Source: Eledone cirrhosa (taxonomy: Eukaryota). From it: a stretch of 64,000 nucleotides of DNA. Location: assembly GCA_964016885.1 (NCBI GenBank), contig OZ024741.1, forward strand, positions 101,432,001 through 101,496,000, read 5' to 3'. The translations under genes and the position numbers were made by a program. Every line of letters begins with the position of its first letter. Position 1 is the stretch's first letter. The notes under the pieces were generated by a model. That model ran no database searches, was not told the origin of the DNA, and saw only the letters and a list, made by a program, of their open reading frames with translations. Shown here piece by piece: positions 26,349 to 45,620 of the stretch.

Positions 26349-26442
26349 ACCCCTTGAGAAGATCGGCTATTTAAATACCAGGATAAATTTTCATTTAGTC
26401 CAGAATTAGCCGTCGAAACGGCTTGAGCTCAGCTGTCGGGGT
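26349..26442 (+). ncRNA. Type I hammerhead ribozyme (U3-A8 variant)
   Basis: Stem I ACCCC/GGGGT; core TTGAGAA; stem II GA(T)CGGCTA/TAGCCGTC; GAAA; stem III ACGGCT/AGCTGT; GTC cleavage triplet ending at 26437. Confidence 0.8.
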
Positions 26443-26534
26443 CTTACTAGTTCCTATTATCCACTCTACTACCTCAAGTATTGAGTACTTTGGTGCGTTA
26501 TGGTCCACCTGGTTCCTTACCACATTTCCTTTGT

Positions 26535-31213
<4,679 letters not shown>

Positions 31214-31412
31214 ATATATATATGTATATGTATATATAGATATGTATATGTATATATATATATGTATATATATATATATGTATGTATATGTATATATATA
31301 TATGTATGTATATATATATGTATATATATATCTATATATATATGTATATATATGTATATATATATGTATATATATATATATGTATACATATATATATATA
31401 TGTATATATATG

Positions 31413-31500
<88 letters not shown>

Positions 31501-31573
31501 CGTATATATATATATATATATATGTATATACATATGTATGTATATATATATATATATATATGTATATACATAT

Positions 31574-31606
<33 letters not shown>

Positions 31607-31749
31607 CGTATATATATATATATATATATGTATAGACATATGTATATACATATGTATATATATATATATATATATATGTATAGACATATGTATATATCTA
31701 TATATATATATATATGTATAGACATATGTATATATATATGTATATATAT

Positions 31750-33829
31750 GTCTCCCCCACATCGACCCAATAGAGGGACCAGCAGTGTTAGTCGAGGGTA
31801 GTATAATAAGTAAGGCAATCAAAGATATGAAGACAGGCAAGGCGGCTGGGTCTTCGGAAATAGTTGCCGAGATGCTGAAGGCATCTGGTACGGTGGGACA
31901 CACCATGGTCACCCGGATAGTAAACCAAGTCATACAGAATGGGGTTGTTCCGAAGGACTGGCGTAGCAGCATTATCGTTAACTGTTATAAGGGTAAAGGA
32001 GATGCCCTAGATAGGAGTAACTATAGAGGCATTAAATTAATCGATCAGGTCATGAAGGTCACGGAAAAAGTAATAGCGCAACTAATCAGAGAGCGAATTG
32101 ATCTAGATGAAATGCAGTTCGGGTTTGTGTCAGGAAAAAGTACCACAGACGCTCTTTTCATTGTACGACAACTACAGGAGAAGTACCTAGCTAAAAGTAA
32201 ACCCCTATACTTAGCTTTCGTCGACTTGGAGAAGGCCTTCGACAGAGTCCCCCGTTCCATTATCTGGTGGGCTCTTAGAAAACTAGGTGTTGATGAATGG
32301 CTTGTGAGAGCTATACAAGCCATGTATAAAGAAACAGTCAGCAAGGTTAGAATTAACAACGAATATAGTGAAGAGTTTAGTGTAAAAGTTGGTGTTCATC
32401 AGGGCTCTGTTCTTAGCCCCCTACTATTTATTATTGCCCTCCAGGCTATAACAGTGGAGTTCAAGACCGGCTGCCCATGGGAACTCCTATACGCAGATGA
32501 TCTAACGCTCATAGCTGAATCAATGGCCGAGCTAGAGAAGAAATTCCAAACATGGAAGCACGGCCTAGAATCAAAAGGCCTTAAAATTAACCTGCCTAAG
32601 ACTAAAGTTCTAGTTTGTAAGAAAGAAAATAAGGCGGCTGTCCCATCGGGGAAGTGGCCATGCGCAGAGTGTAGGAAAGGCGTAGGTAGAAATTCCATTT
32701 TGTGTCCCAAATGCAAAGTTTGGGTGCATAAAAGATGTAGTGGGATCACAGGTAAGCTAACTAAGAACATAGATTTTACATGTGGCCGGTGTTCTGGGTC
32801 AATAAGTAGCCGCAAGTGCCCACAAAATACTAGCTCTTTCAACTGCGCAGAGGGTTCTATAGAAATAGTGGACATCTTCCGTTACCTGGGTGATAAAATC
32901 AGCAGTGGGGGAGGGTGCTCTGAAAGTACAGTAGCTAGAGTCAGAACTGGGTGGAAAAAGTTCAGAGAGCTTATACCACTATTAGCCGCTAAAGGGTTCT
33001 CCCTAAAAACGAAAGGCAGGTTATACGATGCCTGCACACGAACAGCAATGTTGCATGGCAGTGAGACCTGGGCATTGTGTGCAGAGGACATACGCAGACT
33101 AGAGAGAAACGAAGCTTGCATGCTCCGCTGGATGTGTAATAGTAATATACGTGAACGACAAAGCATAAACGAACTAAGGAAAAAATTAGAAATAAGAGGG
33201 ATCAGATGTTGTTTACTAGAGAGAAGGCTACGTTGGTATGGTCACGTGATGCGCATGAAGGACGATAGCTGTATAACAAAGTGCAGGGCAATAAAGATAG
33301 ACGGTAGCCAAGGAATAGGCAGACCCAGAAAAACCTGGGACGAGCTGATAAACTCCGACCTCACACACTTACACCTCACCAAGACAATGTCACTGGACCG
33401 AGACCTTTGGCGGTACTCAGTAATAGATAAGACCCGCCTTACCTAAATACAAAGTAAAACCTACTACAGTCAGTAGGCATCTCTAACAAAATACACCCCC
33501 GTCCCACCACCCCCACCCCATCAACACCGCCCCCTTCTATGTACAGTTATGTTGGTGCCACACCATCCAGGCCGAAACAAATGAGATCGTGTAGGTGTCA
33601 CGACAAAAAAACACACAGTCCACGCTGTAATGTGGCCGTGTAGGCAACACGGTAAAAACCTCCCAGACCCACACTGTAAATGTGGTTGCTGTTAGGAAGG
33701 GCATCCAACTGTTGAAAACCTGCCAGACAATGCGAGCAAGACAATCACTCTTGCCTCAAGTGGAAAAACCCCCGTCCAAACCCATGCAAGCGTGGAACAC
33801 GGACGTTAAACGTTGATGATGATGATGAT
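31750..33829 (+). mobile_element. RTE LINE family A, 5'-truncated with an intact RT reading frame
   Basis: ORF 31785..33446 (553 aa RT with PHD insert and thumb); (GAT)n tail. Confidence 0.95.
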
Positions 33830-33934
33830 GTATATATATATGTATATATATATATATATGTATATACATATGTATATATATATATATGTATATACATATG
33901 TATATACATATGTATATATATATGTATATACATA

Positions 33935-35043
33935 TCATCATCATTATCATCATCATCATTTTACGTCCGCTTTTCCCTGCTTGCAAGGGTGAGACGGGTC
34001 TTATTCAGCACAGCATCTCTCCACTCGTCACGGTCCCTCGTCATCTCCACCGTGAGCTTCAATGATCTGAGGTCTGTTCTCACCACCTCCGCCCATGTTT
34101 TTCGTGGTCTACCTCTACCACGTCTTCCCTCAACTGGCATTTCCTGGCACTTCTTCACCCATCGGTCATCCTCCATGCGCATCACATGTCCATACCACCT
34201 CAGTCTCCTCTCCCGTACACTACATTCTATCCCTCTCAGACACAGTTTCTCTCTCAACACATTTATGCTGGGTCCTTCACGCACATTTACACTGCACATC
34301 CAACGGAGCATGCTTGCCTCATTTCTCTCCAGCCGTCGCATATCGTCTGCGGTTGCTGCCCATGTCTCACTACCATGCAGCATCGCGCTCCTCACACAGG
34401 CATCATACAACCGGCCTTTCGTACGCAGGGAGAAACCCTTCTTCGTCAACAGAGGAAGCAGCTCCCTAAACTTCTTCCAACCCGTCCTTATTCTAGATAC
34501 TATGGCCTCGGAACACCCTCCTCCCATGCTAATCTGATCTCATAGGTACCGGAAGCTATCCACCACTTCTATAGCGCCCTCTCGCATTTGAAAAATGTGT
34601 CTATCAGTGCGGCTTCTACTGTCTAATTTCCCTGTACATCTACTGCATACATATTTCTCCCTACCTGTTAGTTTGCCTGCTATCCCGCTACATCTCTTGT
34701 GTACCCAGGACCTGCATTGTGTGCATTTTATAGAATTTATGCCAGTTCTTTTTCTGCATATCGAACATGGCCATTTCCCTGACGGAATCAGGGTTTTGTC
34801 CTCTTTTCTACTCATCAACACTTTTGTCTTAGCTAGATTTACTCTCAGTCCTCTTGCTTCCAACTGCTGTTTCCATAGCCGGAATTTATTCTCTAGCTCC
34901 TCTACTGAATCTGCCATAAGAGCCAGATCGTCAGCATAGAGAAGTTCCCATGGACAGCCAGTCTTAAACTCCTCTGTTATGGCTTGGAGGACTATAATGA
35001 ACAAGAGCGGGCTGAGGACCGAACCCTGATGTACTCCTACTTG
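33935..35043 (-). mobile_element. RTE LINE family C, 5'-truncated
   Basis: ORFs 34540..35004 and 33961..34527 ([16 protein letters not shown]); almost no 3' UTR; (GAT)n tail. Confidence 0.93.
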
Positions 35044-35162
35044 TATCTATGTATACATATGTATATATATATATATGTATATACATATGTATGTATATAT
35101 ATATGTGTATATATATATGTATATATGTATATATATATACATATATGTATATACATATATGT

Positions 35163-37411
35163 ATACGAAAGGCTTCTAAATGAGGAGAACAAATGGGAGA
35201 AAGACAGTCTCCCCCAGATCGATCCAATAGAGGGACCAGCAGTGTTAGTTGAAGGTAGTATAATAAGTAAGGCAATCAAAGATATGAAGACGGGTAAGGC
35301 GGCTGGGCCTTCGGAAACAGTTGCTGAGATGCTGAAGGCATCTGGTTCGGTGGGACACACCATGGTCACCCGGATAGTTAACCAAGTCGTACAGAATGGT
35401 TGTTCCGAAGGAATGGCGTAGCAGCATCATCGTTAACTGCTATAAGGGAAAAGGAGATGCCCTAGATAGGAGTAACTATAGAGGCATTAAATTAATCGAC
35501 CAGGTCATGAAGGTCACGGAAAAAGTAATAGCGCAACTAATCAGAGAGAGAATTGATCTAGATGAAATGCAGTTCGGGTTTGTGTCAGGCAAAAGTACCA
35601 CAGACGCTCTTTTCATTGTACGACAACTACAGGAGAAGTACCTAGCTAAAAGTAAACCCCTATACTTAGCTTTTGTCGACTTGGAGAAAGCCTTCGACAG
35701 AGTCCCCCGTTCCATTATCTGGTGGTCTCTTAGAAAACTAGGTGTTGACGAATGGCTTGTGAGAGCTATACAAGCCATGTATAAAGAAACAGTCAGTAAG
35801 GTTAGAATTAACAACGAATATAGTGAAGAGTTTAGCGTAAAAGTTGGTGTCCATCAGGGCTCTGTACTTAGCCCCCTACTATTTATTATTGCCCTTCAGG
35901 CTATAACAGAGGAGTTCAAGACCGGCTGCCCATGGGAACTCCTATACGCAGATGATCTAACGCTCATAGCTGAATCAATGACCGAACTAGAGAAGAAATT
36001 CCAAACGTGGAAGCACGGCCTAGAATCAAAAGGCCTTAAAATTAACCTGGCTAAGACTAAAGTTCTAGTTTGTAGGAAAGAAAATAAGGCGGCGGTCCCA
36101 TCGGGGAAATGGCCATGCTCAGTGTGTAGGAAAGGCGTAGGTAGAAACTCCATTTTATGTCCCAAATGCAAAGTATGGGTGCATAAAAGATGTAGTGGGA
36201 TCACAGGTAAGCTAACTAAGAACATAGATTTTACATGTGGCCGGTGCTCTGGTGCAATAAGTAGCAGCAAGTGCCCACAAAATACTAGCTCCTTCAACTG
36301 CGCAGAGGGTTCTATAGAAATAGTGGACAGCTTCCGTTATCTGGGTGACAAAATCAGCAGTGGGGGAGGGTGCTCTGAAAGTACAGTAGCTAGAGTCAGA
36401 ACTGGATGGAAAAAGTTCAGAGAGCTTATACCACTATTAGCCGCTAGAGGGTTCTCCCTAAAAATGAAAGGCAGGTTATACGATGCCTGCATACGAACAG
36501 CAATGCTGCATGGCAGTGAGACCTGGGCATTGTGTGCAGAGGATATACGCAGACTAGAGAGGAACGAAGCTTGCATGCTCCGCTGGATGTGCAATAGTAA
36601 TATACGTGAACGGCAAAGCATAAACGAACTAAGGAAAAAATTAGAAATAAGAGGGATCAGATGTTGTTTACTCGAGAGAAGGCTACGTTGGTACGGTCAC
36701 GTGATGCGCATGAAAGACGACAGCTGTATAACAAAGTGCAGGGCAATAAAGATAGACGGTAGCCACGGAGTAGGCAGACCCAGAAAAACATGGGACGAGC
36801 TGATAAATTCCGACCTCACACGCTTACACCTCTCCAAGACAATGTCACTGGACCGAGACCTTTGGCGGTACTCAGTAATAGAGAAGACCCGCCTTACCTA
36901 AATACAAAGTAAAAACCTACTACAGTCAGTAGGCACCTCTATCAAAACACACCCCCGTCCCACCACCTCCACCCCACCCACACCGCCCCTTTCAATGTAA
37001 AGTTATGTTGGTCCCACAACATCCAGGCCGAAACAAATGAGATCGTGTAGGTGTCACGACAAAAAACACACAGTCCACGCTGTAAATGTGGCCGTGTAGG
37101 CAACACGGTAAAAACCTCCCAGCCCCACACTGTATATGTGGTTGGTGTTAGGAAGGGCATCCATCTGTAGAAAACCCGCCAGACAGTCCACGCTGTAATG
37201 TGGCCGTGTAGGCAACACGGTAAAAACCTCCCAGCCCACACTGTAAATGTGGTTGGTGTTAGGAAGGGCATCCAACTGTAGAAAACCCGCCAGACAGTCC
37301 TATGCGAGCAAGACAACCACTCTTGCCTCAAGTGGGAAAACCCCCGTCCAAACCCATGCAAGCGTGGAACACGGACGCTAAACCTGATGATGATGATGAT
37401 GATGATGATGA
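35163..37411 (+). mobile_element. RTE LINE family A, 5'-truncated
   Basis: ORF 35396..36901; 3' UTR with a duplicated unit; near-identical to 2335-4074. Confidence 0.95.
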
Positions 37412-37466
37412 TATATATATGTAGTGTTTGTATATATATAAGTGTATATGTATATATATATATAAG

Positions 37467-37598
37467 TGTAGTGTTTGTACCAGAGTTTTCAAGTCGCTGG
37501 CTGGACTAAAAAGTCACACTCGTTCAGAGCATCGGTAGGGCTTCTCCTACATGGATATAAAGTAGTGGCCGTACTCGAAAACGAGTTAGCAGCCGCCA
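37467..37598 (+). mobile_element. 3' terminal fragment of a family-D-related RTE derivative
   Basis: Encodes [20 protein letters not shown]; ends with hairpin ACTCG-AAAA-CGAGT and GCAGCCGCCA(TA)n; second copy at 60188-60320. Confidence 0.75.
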
Positions 37599-37628
37599 TA
37601 TATATATGTATATATATATATGTATACA

Positions 37629-37744
<116 letters not shown>

Positions 37745-37993
37745 ATGTATATATATATGTACATATATGTATATGTATATATATATATGTATATATATGT
37801 ATATATATATGTACATATATGTATATATATATGTACATATATATATATATGTACATATATTTATATATATATGTATATATATATGTGTATATATATATAT
37901 GTATATATATATGTGTATATATATATATGTATATATATGTGTAAATATATATGTGTGTATATATATATGTGTGTATATATATACATGTGCATT

Positions 37994-38024
<31 letters not shown>

Positions 38025-38177
38025 ATATATACATATATATTTGTATATATATATATATGTGCATGTATATATATATGTGTATATATATATATATATGTGT
38101 ATATATATTTATATATATATATATGTGTATATATATATTTGTATATATATATATATATATATGTGTGTATATATATA

Positions 38178-38210
<33 letters not shown>

Positions 38211-38319
38211 TTGTATATATATATATATATATATGTGCATGTATATATATATATGTGTATATATATATATATATATATTTGTATATATATATATATATAT
38301 ATGTGTATATATATATATA

Positions 38320-38360
<41 letters not shown>

Positions 38361-38703
38361 ATCATCATCATCATCATCATTTCATTTTACATCCGCTTTT
38401 TCCCTGCTTGCAAGGGTGGGACGGAAACTGATTTGGGCTTGATTTCTACAGCTGGATGCCCTTCCTAACACCAACCTCATTTACAGTGAGTGCTGGGTGC
38501 TTTTTTGCCATGGCACCTCCCCGACTACTTTGCAGTGGAATGATATGGACCACAGTCCCTATCATCTCATTTCTACAGCTGAGTAAACTGGAGCAATGTG
38601 AAATAAAGTGTCTTGCTCAAGGAAACAACATGTCACCCGGTCTGAGAATTGAACTCACAACCTTTCGATTGCAAGGCCAATGCTCTAACCACTAAACCAT
38701 GTG
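38361..38703 (-). mobile_element. SINE-A
   Basis: Same sequence as the other copies; tail abuts a TA tract. Confidence 0.9.
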
Positions 38704-39074
38704 CATACATATACATATATATATATATGTGTATACATATATATATATATATATATATGTATATACATGTGTATACATACACTCAAGCGAGACAACAACA
38801 CACACACACACACACACACACAGTAACATTCAACAAACAGGCAGAGAATGGACTGAGAGCTAGCGCCACCCCACTCCCACAATTGAAAGAACTACTTCGG
38901 CCGCTGACCTCTGCCTGACCGACCCCATTTCACGCGTACACGCACACTGCTGAATACCTCAGATATTCAAAACAACGAACAGCGGCGGACACGTTTCGCA
39001 CCTTTCCGACAGACCTAATCGTGGAAAAACTGCATGCCTGGCATCTGGGTCTGTAGGTCACACTACAACCACAC

Positions 39075-40885
39075 ATATTGTTAACCAGGTAATACTAGAA
39101 GGTGTCATACCAAAAGATTGGTGCAGTAGCATCATTGTCAACTGCTACAAAGGTAAAGGTGATGCACTAGATAGAGGAAACTATAGAGGTATAAAGCTGA
39201 TGGACCAGTTCATGAAAGTAACAGAAAGAGTTATAGCACAGTTGATTAGGGATTGGGTGAAACTAGACGAGATGCAATTTGGGTTTGTAACCAGGAAGAG
39301 GCACCACTGATGCCCTCTTCCTTGTGAGGCTGTTACAGGAAAAGTACCTAGCTAAAAGTAAGCCACTCTACCTGGCATTTGTCGACCTTGAGAAAGCTTT
39401 TGACAGAGTTCCACGTGCTGTAATCTGGTGGGCTCTTAGAAAACTAGGAGTAGATGAATGGCTTATGAAAGCGGTACAAGCCATGTATAGGGGAGCAGTC
39501 AGCAAAGTTAGGATTAGCAATGAGTATAGCGAGGAATTTAGCGTACAGGTTGGGGTCCACCAGGGCTCTATTCTTAGCCCCCTCCTGTTCATCATAGTCC
39601 TGCAGGCAATAACGGAGGAGTTTAAGACCGGATGCCCATGGGAACTCCTGTATGCTGATGACCTCGCACTTATAGCTGAATCTATGGTAGAACTAGAGAA
39701 TAAATTCCAAACTTGGAAGCAGGGACTAGAAAGAAAGGGTCTCAAAGTCAACATGACAAAGACTAAGGTCCTTGTAAGTAGACTAGAAAACAGAACCCAG
39801 ATCCCCTCAGGGAAATGGCCTTGCTCAGTATGTAGGAAAGGTGTAGGTAGGAACTCCATTCTCTGCCCCAAATGCAAACAATGGATACACAAGAGATGTA
39901 GCGGGATCTCAGGAAGCTTAATTAAGAATGTAGGCTTCACATGCAGCAGCTGTGCTGGGACAGCAAGCAGCAAACGGCCACAGGAAACAAGTACCACCAA
40001 TCTCTGGGAGGGCTCTGTAGAAACAGTAGACAGCTTCTGCTACCTAGGTGACCGAATTAGCAGCGGAGGTGGGTGTTCAGAAAGTACAATAACTAGGGTA
40101 AGAACAGGATGGAAGAATTTTAGGGAACTACTACCACTGCTAGCTGCAAAAGGCTTCTCCCTCAGAATGAAAGGCAGACTGTATGATGCGTGTATCCGAA
40201 CAGCGATGTTGCATGGTAGTGAGACCTGGGTGCTGAAGGTGGAAGACTTACGTAAATTAGAGAGAAACGAAGCCTGCATGCTCCGATGGATGTGTAACAG
40301 TAATATACGTGAACGACAAAGCATAAATGAATTGAGAGAGAGACTGAGCATAAGAGGAATCAAATGCTGTGTGCAGGAGAGGCAGTTGCACTGGTATGGA
40401 CATGTGATGCGCATGAAGGATGACTGCTGCATAAAAAGGTGCAGAGCACTAGAAGTCGATGGAAATCGCGGAGTGGGGAGACCCAAGATGACATGGGATG
40501 AGGTGATAAAAGCCGACCTTACCCAATTACACTTCTCAAAGGCAATGACACACGACCGTGACCCCTGGCGTCACGCAGTAATACAGAGTACCCGACCTCC
40601 CATGGGTACAAGCTGAAGCATATAGACAATATGCCCCCACACCCCCCACCGCAAGGTGGTCGTGGAGGTGCCATGGCAAAAAAGCACCCAGCCCACACTG
40701 TAAAGTGGACGTGTAGGCGCCACAAAAAAGCACCTAGCACTCACTGTAAATGAGGTTGGTGTTAGGAAGGGCATCCAGCTGTAGAAATCAAGCCAAATCA
40801 GTTCCTGCCCACAACAGGACAACCCGTCTAACCCATGCTAGCGTGGAAGAACGGACGTAAAACGGTGATGATGATGATGATGATG
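39075..40885 (+). mobile_element. RTE LINE family B, 5'-truncated
   Basis: ORF 39324..40616 with RT motifs and PHD insert; 3' UTR and (GAT)n tail. Confidence 0.94.
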
Positions 40886-41236
40886 GACAATATGTAAAGA
40901 AAATAAACCGAATACTCAGATGGATGGATAATCTTTAAGATTTTCTTCGATGAAGCAGGAAAAATGCAGGTTTTCAGCTAATGCAGGCCCTAGGGGATCA
41001 AGAAACGGATTTTTTCTTATGTGCATAATATGCCTTGAAATTTCTAGAAAATTGGTCTTGTGTAATGACTAAAAAGAACCCTAAAAAGCTGAAAAAATGC
41101 AGTTTTTCACCTAATGTGGGCCCTAATGGGGGAGGGGGCTCCGAGGTATCGTGGCTGGGAATCCAGGATTATATAGGCAGCGGGGAGGTGTGGCTTGAGT
41201 GTTGTACCACCTCTCTGCTTCTCTGCGTCTGTTTAT

Positions 41237-44200
41237 ATCATCATCATCATCATCATCAACGTTTAACGTCCGTGTTCCACGCTTGCATGGGTTTGGACGG
41301 GGGTAGTCCCACTTGAGGCAAGAGTGATTGTCTTGCTCGCATAGGACTGTCTGGCAGGTTTTCTACAGTTGGATGCCCTTCCTAACACCAACCACATTTA
41401 CAGTGTGGGTCTGGGAGGTTTTTACCGTGTTGCCTACACGGCCACATTACAGCGTGGACTGTGTGTTTTTTTGTCGTGACACCTACACGATCTCATTTGT
41501 TTCGGCCTGGATGAACTTTACATAGAACGGGGTGGGGGTGGGGGTGGTGGGACGGGGTGTATTTTGTTAGAGATGCCTACTGGCTGGAGTAGGTTTTACT
41601 ATATATTTAGGTAAGGCGGGTCTTCTCTGTTACTGAGTACCGCCAAAGGTCTCGGTCCAGTGACATTGTCTTGGAGAGGTGTAAGTGTGTGATGTCGGAG
41701 TTTATCAGCTCGTCCCAGGTTTTTCTAGGTCTGCCTATTCCGTGACTACCGTCTATCTTTATTGCCCTGCACTTTGTTATACAGCTATCGACTTTCATGC
41801 GCATCACGTGTCCATACCAACGTAGCCTTCTCTCGAGTAAACAACATCTGATCCCTCTTATCTCTAATTTTTTCCTTAGTTCGTTTATGCTTTGCCGTTC
41901 ACGTATATTACTGTTACACATCCAGCGGAGCATGCAAGCTTCGTTCCTCTCTAGTCTGCGTATATCCTCTGCACACAATGCCCAGGTCTCACTGCCATGC
42001 AGCATTGCTGTTCGTATTGTTCGTATGCAGGCATCGTACAACCTGCCTTTCATTTTTAGGGAGAACCCTTTAGCAGCTAATAGTGGTATAAGCTCTCTGA
42101 ACTTTTTCCAACCAGTTCTGACTCTAGCTACAGTACTTTCAGAGCACCCTCCCCCACTGCTGATTTTATCGCCCAGGTAACGGAAGCTGTCCACTATTTC
42201 TATAGAACCCTCTGCGCAATTGAAAGAGCTAGTATTTCGTGGGCACTTGCTGCTACTTATTGCACCAGAACACCGGCCACATGTAAAATCTATGTTCTTA
42301 GTTAGCTTACCTGTGATCCCACTACATCTTTTATGCACCCATACTTTGCATTTAGGACATAAAATGGAGTTTCTACCTACGCCTTTCCTACACACCGAGC
42401 ACGACCATTTCCCAGAAGGGACCGCCGCCTTGTTTTCTTTCCTACAAACTAGAACTTTGGTCTTAGCCAGGTTAATTTTAAGTCCTTTTGACTCTAGGCC
42501 GTGCTTCCATGTTTGGAATTTCTTCTCTAGCTCGGCCATTGATTCCGCTATGAGTGTCAGGTCGTCTGCGTATAGGAGTTCCCATGGGCAGCCGGTCTTG
42601 AACTCCTCTGTTGTAGCCTGAAGGGCAATAATAAATAGTAGGGGGCTGAGAACAGAGCCCTGATGGACGCCAACTTTTACGCTAAACTCTTCACTATATT
42701 CATTGTTAATTCTAACCTTGCTGACTGTTTCTTTATACATGGCTTGTATAGCCCTCACAAGCCATTCGTCAACGCCTAGTTTTCTAAGAGCCCACCAGAT
42801 AATGGAGCGGGGGACTCTGTCGAAGGCTTTCTCCAAGTCGACAAAAGCTAAGTAGAGGGGTTTACCTTTAGCTAGGTACTTCTCCTGTAGTTGTCGTACT
42901 ATGAAAAGAGCGTCTGTGGTACTTTTGCCTGACACAAACCCGAACTGCATTTCATCTAGGTCAATTCTCTCTCTGATTAGTTGCGCTATTACTTTTTCCG
43001 TGACCTTCATGACCTGGTCGATTAATTTAATGCCTCTATAGTTACTCCTATCTAGGGCGTCTCCTTTACCCTTATAACAGTTAACGATGATGCTGCTATG
43101 CCAGTCCTTCGGAACAACGCCATTCTGTACGACTTGGTTAACTATGCGGGTGACCATGGTGTGTCCCACCGTGCCAGATGCCTTCAGCATCTCAGCAACT
43201 ATTTCCGAAGGCCCAGCCGCCTTACCCGTCTTCATATCCTTGATTGCCTTACTTATTATACTCCCCTCGACTAACACTGCTGGTCCCTCTATTGGGTCGA
43301 TATGGGGGAGACTGTCTTTCTCCCATTTATTCTCCTCATTTAGTAGCCTTTCATAGTGACACTTCCAGTTACCTTCTTATCAGCGTCGGTGATGGCAAGT
43401 GTGCCATCGTCGTTTAGTACACACTTCTCCCCGACAATATCACGGTTTTCCTTGACGTATTGCCTAGCAATCCTGAACACCTCACGTTTTTGGTCATCGC
43501 GTTGTAGAACATGCTTGAACTTTCTTTCCTCAGCTTCCCTTCTTGCTAAGTACACTTGTCTCCTAGCTTCCCTCCTGGGCACTTGATAGTCTTCTCTACT
43601 TCCCCCATCCCGCCATACTTTCCAAGCCTGCTTTTTGGCCTTAATTGACCCCTCCACCTTACTGTTCCACCACCATGTTACTCTCCTCCTGCCTACAGGC
43701 CTGCTCCAGCCACAGACTTCGTCTGTCGCCAACAGCAGGTTTGCTTTCAGAAATTCCCACTCTCCCTCTATATTGTCCGACTCTAAAAGTTCTTCCTTAC
43801 TGTCGAAAGCATCAAGTAATATGCTTTGAAATTTATTCCTGGCTGTGGGGTCCTTTAGCTTCCATATTTTTCTCCTGAGGATAGTCCTCTTCTGCTGTCG
43901 AGTACGTCTCGTCCTGACTATGAGGTCGCTAATTATCAGTCTATGTTGGGAGGTGCATTCTTCATGGGGGAGGGATTTAGTGTTTACAACAGACACTCTG
44001 TCACGTCTTCTGGTAAGGATATAATCTACCTGGCTTGTGTGTTCCCCGGATCTATAGGTGATCAGGTGATTGTCACGTTTTTTGAAGTTAGTGTTACAGA
44101 TAGTTAGGTTATTTGCATCACAGAATTCCAGGATTCTGGAGCCTTCCTGATTTCTAGTACCAAACCCATAGCCTCCATGGATTTCGTCGTAGCCGTCACA

Positions 44201-45125
44201 ATGTTGTCCAACGTGACCATTTAGGTCGCCTGCAATAATTATATAGTCACTGTCGGATATTTGGGAGGTAGTTAGCATCAGTGTCTCATAGAATCTGTCT
44301 TTTATAGTGCCGGGCAGTCCGGATTGGGGTCGTACGCAGATATTACTGTCACCGTAGTTCTATTGAGGACAAGTCGTATTTTAATTATTCTGTCGTTCAC
44401 TCTATTTACGTCTATTATCTTATCTGCCCACTTTTCTGCTACCATGATTCCTACTCCACCCAGCCCATCGTTGTTTCCCACCCAGAAAAGCTTATAACAT
44501 CGTTTTTTACCCTCAATGAACCTAGCAGACCCACCCCTCCACCTGGTCTCTTGAATACAACAAACATCGACCTCCTTACGTTCAAGCATTTCTACAACCT
44601 CGTTAGCGCGACCCTTTAGGGTGCCTACATTTATGGTACCAACTCTGAAGTTTTGGATTGCGTTTGGGGGTTGGGGGCGGGGGGCGATGGGGTTATGTTA
44701 GCCGTCCGCGGTCGAAACAATGAGGAGTGCTCGCATTCTCGTCCAAGAGGTGAATTTGTCTTTATCTTTGGCATTGTCGCTGAGCGTCCAGATTTTTCTC
44801 TCTCTCCTCCACTCTCCAGGATATTCCGCAGTCCATCCATCCATCATATATCGAAGGGCAACCAGGCAAGCGATAGTATAGGCCTCTGGCTTCTGATTGG
44901 TCCGCGTAATAATAATACTGGTGATGCGTGGGGGCTCTGGCTTATGATTGGTCCACGTAATAGCAATGGTGGTGCGTGGGGGCGGGAGGGAGGGAGGGGT
45001 GTTGGGTAGCTAGATAGAAGGTAATGATTGAATGGGGTCCTTGCACATTTAACAAGCGATTAACAAAAATACAAAATTTGTTCTGTTCAATACGACCAAA
45101 AACTTTCGTATCTAACAATTAATAA
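41237..45125 (-). mobile_element. Full-length RTE LINE family A (APE, RT, PHD insert) with a few frameshifts
   Basis: ORFs 44631..44840, 44302..44589 and 43340..44278 (APE: IQETRW, AGDLNGHVG, SQHRL) and 41607..43277 (RT); 5' UTR matches 1140-1400; (GAT)n tail at 41237. Confidence 0.95.
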
Positions 45126-45184
45126 ATACAAAAAATATGTATGTATTTATATATATCTACGTCTAAACAAGAAGTCTAATCTAA

Positions 45185-45470
45185 AGTCTGTCTTAAGCTA
45201 GAAGGCTTGTTAGGCCAGTGCTTATCCCAGTTTAGTAGCATGAAGCGACTGAGACTACAAGACTTTCTCCTGGACAGGACGCTAGTTAATTGTAGGGTTA
45301 AACCCCCAGCCCCCAGCTATTGCTGGTACTCATTTTCAGCTGAGTATACTGGAGGGACATGAAATTAAGTGTTTTGATCAAGAACACAACACACAACCCA
45401 GCCTAGGAATTGAACCCACAACATTATGATCCTAAGTCCAACACCCTTATCCCTAGGCCACGTGCCTCCA
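45185..45470 (-). mobile_element. tRNA/CORE-like SINE with a different tail from SINE-A
   Basis: Minus strand TGGAGGCACGTGGCCTAG...GGGTTCAATTCCT head and CAGCTGAAAATGAGTACCAGC body; tail unrelated to SINE-A. Confidence 0.7.
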
Positions 45471-45509
45471 CTATCTATATATATATGTGTTAAATCTAAT
45501 TATTTCTAG

Positions 45510-45620
45510 AATTCTTATCAACAACAGTATCAAAGAGGAGGTCAACGTGGTGTTCATGAACAATTTGATATGGCGAGCCGATCTTATTCCAAGCAATCGA
45601 ATTTCAGTTCAACTGATTCT
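45510..45620 (+). CDS. TRPT1: TRPT1 exon with probable start codon (ATG at 45570: MASRSYSKQSNFSSTDS)
   Basis: TTTCTAG acceptor and GTAAGT donor; 111 nt open and phase 0 with the next exon; sequence itself not conserved. Confidence 0.65.

Noticed and set aside
40890-41230. Unclassified sequence between two RTE tails, possibly a DNA transposon fragment
   Set aside because: No termini, second copy or coding motif visible.
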